From Alphaproteobacteria bacterium (GTDB lineage Bacteria > Pseudomonadota > Alphaproteobacteria > MPNO01): DNA of 64,000 nt. Made by a program: the position numbers and the translations under genes. The DNA is taken from contig OZ219866.1 of the NCBI GenBank assembly GCA_964291675.2, positions 544,001 to 608,000 on the forward strand, written 5' to 3'. Under the pieces are notes generated by a model. That model was not told where the DNA came from. It searched no databases and was given only the letters and a program-made list of their open reading frames with translations. Within the stretch, counting starts at the first letter, position 1; the number at the start of each line of letters is the position of its first letter. Shown here piece after piece: positions 55,044-64,000 of the stretch.

Positions 55044-57442
55044 CAGCGCGACCGCGCCGCCGTCAACAGGCGGTGGATCATGTCGGGCGACATCGGCGAT
55101 TCGCGCACCGGCGCGATGCCGAGCGGCGCGAAGGCGTCCTCCATCGCCGAGGCGACGACCTGCGAGACCGGGATGGTGCCGGCCTCGCCGACGCCCTTGA
55201 TGCCGAGCGGGTTGAGCGGCGAGGGCGTCTCCATGTGGAGGATCTCGGCGTCCGGCACCTCGGTCGCGTAGGGCATCAGGAAGTCCATGAAATTGGCGGC
55301 GAGCGGGGTGCCGTTCTCGTCGAACGCGCAACGTTCGTAGAACGCCCCGCCGATCCCCTGGCCGATGCCGCCCATCACCTGCCCCTCGACGATCATCGGG
55401 TTGATCATGTTGCCGCAGTCGTGGATGCAGAGATAGCGCCTGATGTCCATCGCGCAGGTGTCGGGAAAGAACTCGACGATCGCGGCATGGACGCCATAGG
55501 CCCAGGTGGCGTGCGACGGGCTGAAATAGTCGGTCTCCTCGATCCCCGGCGCCGTGCCTTCGGCGAGCGGCGGGCCGTCATGGGTGGACGCCGGCGCGAA
55601 CTGCGTCGCGGTCTGCGACGCCTCGTTGAAGGCGTAGCGCAGCGGGTTCGACGCGGTGGCGATCTCGGCCAGCGACACCGAGCGGTTGCCGTCGACGATC
55701 CAGGCGCGCCCGTCGCGCAGATCGATCGAATCCTCATCGGTCTCCAGCATGTTGGCGGCGGCGGCGACGATGCGGGCGCGCGCCTTGACGGCCGCCTTGT
55801 GGATGGCGTTGCCGCTGACCACCGCGGCGCGGCTCGCGAACGTCGCCACCCCCCATTCATGCGCCTGGGTGTCGCCCTCGACGAAGATCACGTCCTGCAC
55901 GTCGCAGCCCACCTGGTCGGCGGCGATCTGGGCGAACACCGTCTCGTGCCCTTGGCCCTGGCTGGTCAGGCCGGTGGTGACGTAGACCTTGCCGGTGATC
56001 GGGTGGATTTTGACGTGGCCCCCCTCATAGGGGCCGAGCCCGGTCCCCTCGACATAGAAGCCGATCCCGAAGCCGAGATAGCGGCCCGCGGCGCGGGCGG
56101 CCTCCTGCTCCTCGCGGAAGGCGGCGAGGTCGATTGTCCCGGTAATCAGGTCGAGCGCCTTCTCGTACTCGCCCGAATCGTAGTTCACGGCCAGCCCGTC
56201 GGCGAACAGCAGCCCGTCCCGCACATAGGGGAACTCGCCCGGCCCGATGAAGTTGCGCCGGCGGATCTCGATCCGGTCGATGCCGAGCTCGTCGGCCAGC
56301 TGGTCGAGGGCGCGCTCGATCGCGAAGCAGGCCTGCGGCCGGCCGCAGCCGCGATAGGGGGTGACCTGGACGCAGGGCGTGTAGACCAGGGTCATCTCCA
56401 CCCAGATGTCGGGAATCCGGTAGGGCCCGGCGATCGAGGTCGAGGCGACCTGGGCGACGGCGATGCCGTAGGGGATGAAGGCGCCGGTGTCGTGGATGAA
56501 GGAGTCGCGAAGCGCGAGCACCGTCCCGTCCTTGTTCGCGGCGAGCGAGATCTCGTGGATCTGGGCGCGCTCCTGGCTCGCGCCGACGAAATTCTCCACC
56601 CGGTCCTCGATGTATTTCACCGGGCGGTCGAGCTGCATCGCCGCATGGGGAACGAGGATCTCGTCGGCGTGGAACATCATGATCTTCTGGCCGAACCCGC
56701 CGCCGACATTGGGCGCGATGACCCGGATCCGGTCCTCGTCGATGCCGAACAGCGAGGCGAGCCCGCCGCGCACCGAGATCGTCGCCTGCGTCGAATCCCA
56801 CACCGTGAGCTCGCCCGTCACCCCGTCCCAGCGGGCGGCGACGGCGCGGCACTCCATCGGCGCGGCGGTGGACCGCTCCGACCGGACGCGCACCGTCGTG
56901 GTGTGCTCGGCCTCGGCGAAGGCGGCGTCGGCATCGCCGCTCCCCTGGATGAAGTGGGCGGCGACGTTGTTGGGGATGTCGTCATGCACCAGCGGCGCGC
57001 CGTCGGCGATGGCCTTCTCCAGATCGAGCTCGACGGGCAGCGGCTCGTACTCGACCTCGATCGCCGCGCAGGCGTCCTCCGCGGTGTAACGGTCGACGGC
57101 GACCACCATGGCGATGCACTGGCCGGCGTAGAACACGTCGTCCCGGGCCAGCGGCCGCTGGGTCTTGCCGCCCGCGACGATGCAGGGGTGCGGGATCAGC
57201 AGCGGCAGCTCGACATCGAGGTCGCCGATAGTGTCGGCCGTGTAGACGGCGACCACGTCGGGCAGCGCCTCGGCCGCGGAAGTGTCGATCGAGCGGATCC
57301 TGGCGCGCGCGTGCTGGCTCCTCACGAACGCCGCGTGCAGCGCGCCGGGGAGCGAGATGTCGTCGATGAACGCGCCCTCGCCCTTGAGCAAAGCGGGGTC
57401 CGCGTTGCGCTGGACCGGTTCGCCGAACTGCCGTGTCGACAT
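55043..57442 (-). CDS. Molybdenum hydroxylase (xanthine dehydrogenase/CoxL family) large subunit
   Basis: VGGGFGQK, PYRGCGRPQ, QGQGHET, DCGNMINPMIVEGQ, GIKGVGEAG. Confidence 0.92.
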   Translation of the reverse strand: MSTRQFGEPVQRNADPALLKGEGAFIDDISLPGALHAAFVRSQHARARIRSIDTSAAEALPDVVAVYTADTIGDLDVELPLLIPHPCIVAGGKTQRPLARDDVFYAGQCIAMVVAVDRYTAEDACAAIEVEYEPLPVELDLEKAIADGAPLVHDDIPNNVAAHFIQGSGDADAAFAEAEHTTTVRVRSERSTAAPMECRAVAARWDGVTGELTVWDSTQATISVRGGLASLFGIDEDRIRVIAPNVGGGFGQKIMMFHADEILVPHAAMQLDRPVKYIEDRVENFVGASQERAQIHEISLAANKDGTVLALRDSFIHDTGAFIPYGIAVAQVASTSIAGPYRIPDIWVEMTLVYTPCVQVTPYRGCGRPQACFAIERALDQLADELGIDRIEIRRRNFIGPGEFPYVRDGLLFADGLAVNYDSGEYEKALDLITGTIDLAAFREEQEAARAAGRYLGFGIGFYVEGTGLGPYEGGHVKIHPITGKVYVTTGLTSQGQGHETVFAQIAADQVGCDVQDVIFVEGDTQAHEWGVATFASRAAVVSGNAIHKAAVKARARIVAAAANMLETDEDSIDLRDGRAWIVDGNRSVSLAEIATASNPLRYAFNEASQTATQFAPASTHDGPPLAEGTAPGIEETDYFSPSHATWAYGVHAAIVEFFPDTCAMDIRRYLCIHDCGNMINPMIVEGQVMGGIGQGIGGAFYERCAFDENGTPLAANFMDFLMPYATEVPDAEILHMETPSPLNPLGIKGVGEAGTIPVSQVVASAMEDAFAPLGIAPVRESPMSPDMIHRLLTAARSR

Positions 57443-57452
57443 GCGCTCCTCC

Positions 57453-57989
57453 TCAGCCTTCGGCCGCGTTCATCAGCTCGACCGAGCGGCGGAACGCCTT
57501 GACGATATTGCTGTAGCCGGTGCAGCGGCAGAGATTGCCCGACAGCACCTCGCGGATCGCCGTCTCCGAGAGGTCGGGCTCGGGCGTCTCCCCGAGATAG
57601 CTCAGCATCGACATCACGAAGCCCGGCGTGCAGTAGCCGCATTGCAGGCCGTGGCACTCCATCATCGCCTGCTGGATCGGGTGCAGCGTGCCGTCCTCGG
57701 CGGCGACGCCCTCGATGGTGCGGATCTCGGCGCCGTCGGCCTGCACCGCGAAGGCGAGGCAGGACCGCCCGGCGCGGCCGTCGATCAGCACCGTGCAGCA
57801 GCCGCACACCCCGTGCTCGCAGCCGACATGGGTGCCGGTGAGGCCGAGCTCGTGGCGGATGAAGTCGCTCAAGAGCATGCGCGGGCTCGCCTCGCGGGTG
57901 ACGGTCTCGCCGTTGACGGTCAGCGTCACCGGGATCTTCGGATCGGAGGAGGAGGCGGGGATCGCCTTCTTCAGCACGCTCTTCGCCAT
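57453..57989 (-). CDS. Molybdenum hydroxylase 2Fe-2S subunit
   Basis: GCEHGVCGCCTV, QCGYCTPG, GNLCRCTGY. Confidence 0.93.
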   Translation of the reverse strand: MAKSVLKKAIPASSSDPKIPVTLTVNGETVTREASPRMLLSDFIRHELGLTGTHVGCEHGVCGCCTVLIDGRAGRSCLAFAVQADGAEIRTIEGVAAEDGTLHPIQQAMMECHGLQCGYCTPGFVMSMLSYLGETPEPDLSETAIREVLSGNLCRCTGYSNIVKAFRRSVELMNAAEG

Positions 57990-57992
57990 CGT

Positions 57993-58856
57993 CTAGCCTC
58001 CCGCCCGCTCTGCGGCCGTCGCCGCGGTCCGCCGCACCAGCGCCGCCAGCAGGTCCCTGCGGTACGCCTCGCCCGCCTGCATGTCGGCGGGCGCGGTGAC
58101 GTATTCCTTCGCCGCCTCGCCGGCCGCCGCGCGCGCCGCCTCGTCGACCGCGCGGCCGGCGAGCGCGTCCTCGGCGGCGGCGAGCCGGACCGGCCTGGCG
58201 CCGATGCCGCAGGCCGCGATCCGCGCCTCGCGGCACACGCCGCCCTCGATCGCAAGCAGGGTGCAGACCCCGGCGAGCGCATAGTCGCCGCGGCGCCGGG
58301 CGAATTCCTCGAACGCATATCCGGTCGCCGGGGCCAGGGCGGGGATGCGCACCTCGGTCAGGATCTCGGCCCGGTCGAGGCTGGTGGTCATGTGGAAGCG
58401 GAACAGGTCCTCGGCCGCGATCTCGCGGCTGCCGCCCGGACCCGCGACCGTCACCGCGCCGCCGGCCGCGACCAGCAGGCAGGGCAGCTCGGCCGCGGCA
58501 TCGGCATGGGCGATGCTGCCGCCGACGGTGCCCCGGTTGCGGATCGCGATATGGGCTACGTTGTCGAGCACCTCGCCGATCAGCGGGTTGGCGGCGTTGG
58601 CCGCGGCGTGGGTCTCGAGCTCGCGGTGCCGGGTCATGGCGCCGATGCGGATCGTCCCGCCCTCCACCGCGATCCCCCGGAGCGCCGCGATCCGCCGCAG
58701 ATCGACCAGCCGGCCCGGGGTGGCGAGCCGAAAATTCATCGTCGGGATCAGGCTCTGCCCGCCGGCGAGCGGGCGCGCGGTCTCGTCCCCGGCGAGCGCC
58801 GCCACCGCAGCCTCGACGGTCTCCGGCGCGACGTAGTCGAACAGCGCGGGCTTCAC
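57993..58856 (-). CDS. Molybdenum hydroxylase FAD subunit
   Basis: KPALFDY, LAGGQSLIPTMNFRL, IRNRGTVGGSIAHAD, RRRGDYA. Confidence 0.92.
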   Translation of the reverse strand: MKPALFDYVAPETVEAAVAALAGDETARPLAGGQSLIPTMNFRLATPGRLVDLRRIAALRGIAVEGGTIRIGAMTRHRELETHAAANAANPLIGEVLDNVAHIAIRNRGTVGGSIAHADAAAELPCLLVAAGGAVTVAGPGGSREIAAEDLFRFHMTTSLDRAEILTEVRIPALAPATGYAFEEFARRRGDYALAGVCTLLAIEGGVCREARIAACGIGARPVRLAAAEDALAGRAVDEAARAAAGEAAKEYVTAPADMQAGEAYRRDLLAALVRRTAATAAERAGG

Positions 58857-60763
58857 TCCGCCGCCTCCGCCGTGGTCTCGGCCCACCAGCCGGCATCGGG
58901 GTCCTGCCAGCCTTCCGGCCGGTCGAGCCCGCCCGCTTCCCGCGCGGCCTCGACATAGGCGCCCCGGTCGAACATCGGCAGCGCGCCGCGGCGCGCCCGC
59001 ATCTCCGCCCGGCGCGCATCGGTCGCCGGACCGTCGACCCCGAGCCGCGCGCCGTCCGCCTTGAGAATCACGCCGTACTCCTGCTCTGCGGCCGGTTCGG
59101 AGACCAGCCCGCACTCGACATCGTAGGCGACGCGTTCGGGCTCGCGCAGCAGGGGATCGCCCCAGCCGCCGCCGCCGGTGGTGCGGATGCGGACGGTGGA
59201 GCCCGCCGGCACCTCGATATTGTCGGCCATGCCGGCGATCTCGCGCTCCTCCCCGGGCCCGTCCTCGACCGCGATCCGGTAGGTCGAGCCCGGCCTGCCG
59301 CCATTGACGCCCCAGGTGTTGACCAGCGCGCGGTCGGCATTCGACAGGAGCCGGCAGGGTTCGAGCGCGCGGATGCGCTTGTCGTAGCCGAACCCGCCGC
59401 GGCGGAACCCCGGCCCGCCGGAATCGCGGGCGAGCCCGAGCTTCTCGACCATGACGGGATAGCGCGTCTCGGAGAACTCGGCCGGCAGGTTGCGCGAGTT
59501 GGGGACGATATGGACCACATCCGAGCCGTCCGCCCAGGGCCGGCCCGGCCCGCCGCCGCCGAGCACCTCGCGGAACAGGAAGAAGTCCCGGTTCGAGGCG
59601 CCGCCATGCAGCCCCCAGATGCGGATCGTCTCGTGATCCGCCGGCATCCGCCCGCCGGTCGCCTTGGACAAGAGCGCGGCGAAGATGCCGAGCGAGCGCA
59701 GCAGGATGAAGAAGCGCATCCCGGTCGCCTTGCCGAAATTCGGCGTCACCAGCGTCCCCTTCTCCGGGAACTTCACGTCGATCACGTCGAGCACGCCCTC
59801 GTTCATGTCGATCTCGGCGGCGCGCTCGGGCGAGGCGGCGAGCGAGCGCAGCACCGGGCCCATCCACTTGCGCACGAACTTGCCGTCGGAATAGTCGATC
59901 GCCCAGTTGATCGGCCCCCTGGCCTCGCGGCTGGTGCCGGTGAAGTCGAGCAGGATCTTCTCGGCGGTCTTGGTCATGGTCACGCGCATCGCGTGCAGCC
60001 GGGGCGCATCGACGCCGTCGTTCTCGATATAGTCCTCCCAGGCGTAGACGCCGTCCGCGATCCTCGGCAGGAGCTCGCGCCGGATGGTCTCGGCGCAGTT
60101 CTCGATCATCGCGTCGAAGGCCGCCTCCAGCGTGTCCGCGCCGTAGCGCTCGGCGAGCGCCACCACCCGCCTGGACCCCAGCATGGCGGCGCCGATCTCG
60201 GCGTCGAGGTCGCCGCGCAGATGCTCCGACAGGCGCGAGTTGCGCTCGATGATGCGGAACGCCGCCTCGTTCACCCGGCCGCCCTCGTAGAGCTTGATCG
60301 GCGGGATCACCAGCCCCTCGGTCCACATGTCCTCGGCATGGACCGGCAGGCTGCCCGGCACCGAGCCGCCGACATCGTCGTGGTGGCCGAACACCTGGGA
60401 GAAGCCGATCAGCCTTCCCTCGTGGAAGATCGGCAGGGTGGAGCAGAGGTCGGGGATGTGGCCGATGCCGCCCGACGAGTTGTAGGGGTCGTTCCAGAAG
60501 AACACGTCGCCCGGGTTGATGTCCTCGGGTCCGAAATACTCGAACACCGGCTCGACCAGGGCCGAATACGACCGCCCGGTCAGCTTGCGGCCCCTGGCGT
60601 CGAACAGCGCCACCCGGTAGTCGTGCTGGTCGCGGATCATCGGCGAGCGCGAGGTGCGCTCGACGGCGGCCTCGATCTCGAGCTCGGCGGAGCGGATGGT
60701 GCCGGTGATGATCTCCAGCTCGACCGGCCCGAGCTCGCTTGCCGCTTTCCGGCCTTCGCTCAT
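58853..60763 (-). CDS. Hydantoinase B/oxoprolinase family subunit
   Basis: SRSPMIRDQHD, NDPYNSSGGIGHIPD, GHHDDVGGSVPGS, DSGGPGFRRGG, TTGGGGWGDP. Confidence 0.92.
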   Translation of the reverse strand: MSEGRKAASELGPVELEIITGTIRSAELEIEAAVERTSRSPMIRDQHDYRVALFDARGRKLTGRSYSALVEPVFEYFGPEDINPGDVFFWNDPYNSSGGIGHIPDLCSTLPIFHEGRLIGFSQVFGHHDDVGGSVPGSLPVHAEDMWTEGLVIPPIKLYEGGRVNEAAFRIIERNSRLSEHLRGDLDAEIGAAMLGSRRVVALAERYGADTLEAAFDAMIENCAETIRRELLPRIADGVYAWEDYIENDGVDAPRLHAMRVTMTKTAEKILLDFTGTSREARGPINWAIDYSDGKFVRKWMGPVLRSLAASPERAAEIDMNEGVLDVIDVKFPEKGTLVTPNFGKATGMRFFILLRSLGIFAALLSKATGGRMPADHETIRIWGLHGGASNRDFFLFREVLGGGGPGRPWADGSDVVHIVPNSRNLPAEFSETRYPVMVEKLGLARDSGGPGFRRGGFGYDKRIRALEPCRLLSNADRALVNTWGVNGGRPGSTYRIAVEDGPGEEREIAGMADNIEVPAGSTVRIRTTGGGGWGDPLLREPERVAYDVECGLVSEPAAEQEYGVILKADGARLGVDGPATDARRAEMRARRGALPMFDRGAYVEAAREAGGLDRPEGWQDPDAGWWAETTAEAAE

Positions 60764-62811
60764 GAGGACTTCTCCAGGATGAGATTGCCGTAGCGGTCGA
60801 CGCTCGACCGCCAGGTTGCGGGGACCACGGTGGTCGATCCGTACTCCTCGACGATCGCCGGGCCAGCGGTAGCGGTGCCGACGCCGAGATCGCCGCGCCG
60901 CCAGATGCCGCAATCGACCCAGCCGCTCCCGCGCCAGTAGACCGGGCGCGAGGCGACCGGCGCGGCCTCGCCGTCCGCGCGTTCGAGCGGGCGGATATCG
61001 GGGCGGTGCACGCGGCCGACCGCCTGAACCCGGAGGCTCACCACCTCGACATCCTGGCGTCCCTCGTAGTGGAAGCCGAAAATGCGTTCGTGCACGAAGT
61101 GGAAGTCGCGCCACATCGTCGCCACCGCATCGGCCCCATCGGTGCCCGGCGGAATCGGCACCGGCACCTCGTGGCCCTCCCCGACATAGCGGACATCGGC
61201 GCTGCGTACCAGCCGGATCGCGTCGCGCGCGACGCCCTCGGCCGCGATCTCGTCCCGCCCCCGCCCCTCCAGCGCGCGCCAAACCGCCTCCAGCTCGTCC
61301 GCGTCGTGGCTCGACTGCTGGCGCACGCAGGTCCTCACATAGTCGCGCTTGATGTCGGAGACGTGGAGCCCGAAGGCCGACAGATTGCCCGGGTTGGGCG
61401 GCACGATGGCGGTGGCGATGCCGAGGAAATCCGCGACCTCGGCGGCGAACAGCCCGCCGGCGCCGCCGAAGGCGACCATCGCGTAGTCGCCCGGGTCGAG
61501 GCCGCGCGTTGTGGTGACGCGGCGGATGCCGTGCACCTGGTTGGCCGAGGCGATTTCGAGCACCCCGGCGGCGGCTTCCTCGGCCGCAATTCCGAGCTTG
61601 CGGCCGAGCGCCTCGTAGGCCGCGCGCGCGGCGCCTGCGTCGAGCGCGAGCCCGCCGCCGATCAGCGCCCCGGGCAGGCGGCCGAGCACCAGGCCGGCAT
61701 CGGTCACCGTGGGCTCGCTGCCGCCGCGGCCGTAGCAGATCGGCCCCGGATCGGCGCCGGCGCTCCGCGGCCCGACCTTGAGCGCGCCGTAATCGTCGAT
61801 CCAGGCGAGCGAGCCGCCGCCGGTGCCGACGGTCTCGATGTCGAGCATCGGCGATTTCACCGGGTAGCTCTCTATCACCGCGTGGCTGGTGAGCTGCGGC
61901 GTGAGGTTCTGGACCAGCGAGACGTCGGTCGAGGTGCCCCCGACATCGAGCGTCAGCACGTTGCGGTAATCGGCGAGCCTGGCCATGTGGGTCGCGCCGA
62001 GCACGCCGCCGGCGGGACCGGACACCAGCATGGTGACCGGCTTCTCGGCCGCCTTGGCGCTGGAGACGATGCCGCCGTTGGACTGCATGATCAGGAACGG
62101 CAGCGCGCCGGAGCGGGCGCGGATGCTGCGCTCGGCATGGCCGAGATAGGTCTTGCAGTAGGGCTTCACCATGACGTCGATCAGGGTCGTCATGGCGCGC
62201 TCGTATTCGCGGTACTCGGGCAGCACCACGGAAGAGAGCGAGACGTGGATGCCGGGGTGGCGTTCGGCCAGCAGCGCGCCCACCCGCTCCTCGTGCGCCG
62301 GGTTGGCGTAGGCGTGCAGCAGGCAGACGGCAAGCCGCGTCACCCCGAGGGCGACGAGCTCGTCGGCAGCGGCGATCACGCTCTGCTCGTCGAGCGGGGC
62401 GAGCTCCGAGCCGTCATGGCGCATCCGCCCGGCCGCCTCGCGCACCAGGTGGAGCGGCACCAGGCGCTTCGGCTTGACCCAGAAGAACGAGTTGCCGTAG
62501 CCGTCGGGGACCGACTGGCGGGCGATCTCGATCAGGTGGCGAAAGCCCGCGGTCACCAGCAGGCCCAGCCCCTCGAACCTGTGCTCCAGCACCGCGTTGG
62601 TGGCGGTCGTGGTGCCGTGCAGGATGCGGTCGATATCGCCCGGCCCGGCGGAGGCCGCGTCCAGCACCTCGTCGATGCCGTTCAGCAGGCCGCGGCTCGG
62701 ATCGGCCGGCGTGCTCGGCGTCTTGATGGCGAACTGGTCGCCCGTATCCTCGTCGAGCGCGATCACGTCGGTGAACGTGCCGCCGGTGTCGATGGCTATG
62801 CGAAGCGCCAT
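60760..62811 (-). CDS. Hydantoinase A/oxoprolinase family subunit
   Basis: IDTGGTFTD, HGTTTATNA, SGPAGG, DVGGTSTDV, GPRSAGADPGP, AFGGAG. Confidence 0.93.
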   Translation of the reverse strand: MALRIAIDTGGTFTDVIALDEDTGDQFAIKTPSTPADPSRGLLNGIDEVLDAASAGPGDIDRILHGTTTATNAVLEHRFEGLGLLVTAGFRHLIEIARQSVPDGYGNSFFWVKPKRLVPLHLVREAAGRMRHDGSELAPLDEQSVIAAADELVALGVTRLAVCLLHAYANPAHEERVGALLAERHPGIHVSLSSVVLPEYREYERAMTTLIDVMVKPYCKTYLGHAERSIRARSGALPFLIMQSNGGIVSSAKAAEKPVTMLVSGPAGGVLGATHMARLADYRNVLTLDVGGTSTDVSLVQNLTPQLTSHAVIESYPVKSPMLDIETVGTGGGSLAWIDDYGALKVGPRSAGADPGPICYGRGGSEPTVTDAGLVLGRLPGALIGGGLALDAGAARAAYEALGRKLGIAAEEAAAGVLEIASANQVHGIRRVTTTRGLDPGDYAMVAFGGAGGLFAAEVADFLGIATAIVPPNPGNLSAFGLHVSDIKRDYVRTCVRQQSSHDADELEAVWRALEGRGRDEIAAEGVARDAIRLVRSADVRYVGEGHEVPVPIPPGTDGADAVATMWRDFHFVHERIFGFHYEGRQDVEVVSLRVQAVGRVHRPDIRPLERADGEAAPVASRPVYWRGSGWVDCGIWRRGDLGVGTATAGPAIVEEYGSTTVVPATWRSSVDRYGNLILEKSS

Positions 62812-62857
62812 GATTCGACCGCTATTTCAACACGCTAACCATGTTGCGACGATATTC

Positions 62858-63565
62858 TCAGAGGGCCGCGGCGTCAAACAGGCGCGGCTCGAGCTGCGCA
62901 CCCCATTCCGCCAGCAGATCGGCCGAGTCCATCACCAGCCCCATATGGATCGAGACCATCTTGAGCGCCGCCTCCTCCATCTCGTCATTGGTGCCGCGCA
63001 CCAGATCCTGCAGCACGACGACGCGGTAGTCGCGGTTGCTCGCATCGAAGGCGGCGTTGAGCACGCAGCAATCGGTGAACCCGCCGTTCAGCACCACCGT
63101 CCGAACCTCCATGTTGCGCAGCAGGAAGTCGAGGTCGGTCGGGTAGAACACCGACAGCCGCTTCTTGGTCTGGACGATCTGGTCGCCCGGCTCGACCCGG
63201 GTCTCGAACTCGGTCCAGCGGCTGCCCTCGATGGCGTGCGCGTCGGCGTTGGGGATCTCGCCGACATGGAGCGGGAAGACGTCGCGCCAGGCCGCGCGCA
63301 GGCCGTTCACGTCGTCCACCCCGCCCTTCCGCAGCACCGACCTGACATGGACGATGGGGACGCCGAGCCGGCGCGCCCGGTCGTGGAAGGCGTCGATCGG
63401 GGCCACGATCTCGCGCGCCCGCGGCGCCGGGCACGGGCAGTCCGGCGTGTCGGCGAGATGGCCCTGGTGCATGTCGATCGAGACAATCGCCGATCTCGAC
63501 GCATCGGCGTAGAGGTCGAACCCGTCCGGCAGAACGCGGCGGTCGCCGTAGACATAAGCCTCCAT
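62858..63565 (-). CDS. Isochorismatase/cysteine hydrolase family protein
   Basis: IVSIDMHQ, KKRLSVFYPTDLDFLLR, GGFTDCCV (Asp-Lys-Cys triad). Confidence 0.9.
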   Translation of the reverse strand: MEAYVYGDRRVLPDGFDLYADASRSAIVSIDMHQGHLADTPDCPCPAPRAREIVAPIDAFHDRARRLGVPIVHVRSVLRKGGVDDVNGLRAAWRDVFPLHVGEIPNADAHAIEGSRWTEFETRVEPGDQIVQTKKRLSVFYPTDLDFLLRNMEVRTVVLNGGFTDCCVLNAAFDASNRDYRVVVLQDLVRGTNDEMEEAALKMVSIHMGLVMDSADLLAEWGAQLEPRLFDAAAL

Positions 63566-63579
63566 CCCTGCCTCCCTCG

Positions 63580-63999
63580 TCAGTGTCTCGCGCCGTTCTC
63601 GATATCCGCCCAGGCGGCGATCAGCCGGCGGATACGGGCGTCGCGGTCGGCGGCGGTCTGGTGCGCGCCCTCGATGTTGATCCCGGTGATCCGGTCGCCG
63701 GTGCGTTGCAGCAACGCTTCGTCGTCGCCGCCCGGAACCGCCGGGATGCGTACCACCGTGTCGTGGCAGTAGGTCGGGATCCGCCCGCCGGCGCGGATCT
63801 GCGAGGTCTTCGGCTCGCCGCCCGAGGCGACGCGGCGGATCTCGGCCCTGAGCAGCTTGCGCAGCATCAGCACGCCCTTGTCGGTCGCCGTCATGTGCTC
63901 CAGCGCATGGACGGCGATCGGCCGCTGGCTGGTCTGGGCGTCGAAATCGCCCGGGATGCGCTGGCGGTCCCGGTAGCTGCGCGCGCCGTCCTGGCCGAA
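63580..63999 (-). CDS. 3' part of a Rieske oxygenase alpha subunit (phthalate 4,5-dioxygenase/O-demethylase-like; partial)
   Basis: Frame open to the window edge: FGQDGARSYRDRQRIPGDFDAQTSQRPIAVHALEHMTATDKGVLMLRKLL. Confidence 0.7.
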   Translation of the reverse strand, partial: FGQDGARSYRDRQRIPGDFDAQTSQRPIAVHALEHMTATDKGVLMLRKLLRAEIRRVASGGEPKTSQIRAGGRIPTYCHDTVVRIPAVPGGDDEALLQRTGDRITGINIEGAHQTAADRDARIRRLIAAWADIENGARH

Positions 64000-64000
64000 G

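Noticed and set aside
55043-58856. Aerobic CO dehydrogenase (coxMSL)
   Set aside because: Lacks the form I AYxCSFR motif and coxDEF accessory genes; the context is amide/heterocycle catabolism

Overview
High-GC bacterial DNA. The lrp-trxB arrangement, ccm cluster and gene content point to an alphaproteobacterium (inference). A large Calx-beta/cadherin surface protein is compatible with a marine or host-associated lifestyle. The window is dominated by aromatic and N-heterocycle catabolism: a phthaloyl-CoA-decarboxylase-type UbiD enzyme, two CoA ligases, two three-subunit molybdenum hydroxylases, Rieske oxygenases, two hydantoinase/oxoprolinase systems, a CoA transferase, an amidase and a TRAP/TAXI transporter with duplicated binding proteins. 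It also carries a complete ccmABCDEFGHI operon. Four signals are missed by the ORF track. (1) An AhpD-like gene appears to read through an in-frame UGA in a C-V-Y-U-T motif with a SECIS-like hairpin, so it is a probable selenoprotein (36885-37988). (2) A multi-hairpin small RNA candidate with anti-Shine-Dalgarno motifs and a LysR-type box lies just downstream of trxB. (3) A short palindromic repeat is inserted five times inside the coding frame of the surface protein and also occurs nested in an intergenic REP-like element. (4) A hicA toxin gene is inactivated by a single nonsense codon next to an intact hicB. No rRNA, tRNA, CRISPR array or intact transposase was seen. All family calls come from motif recognition by eye, not database searches.
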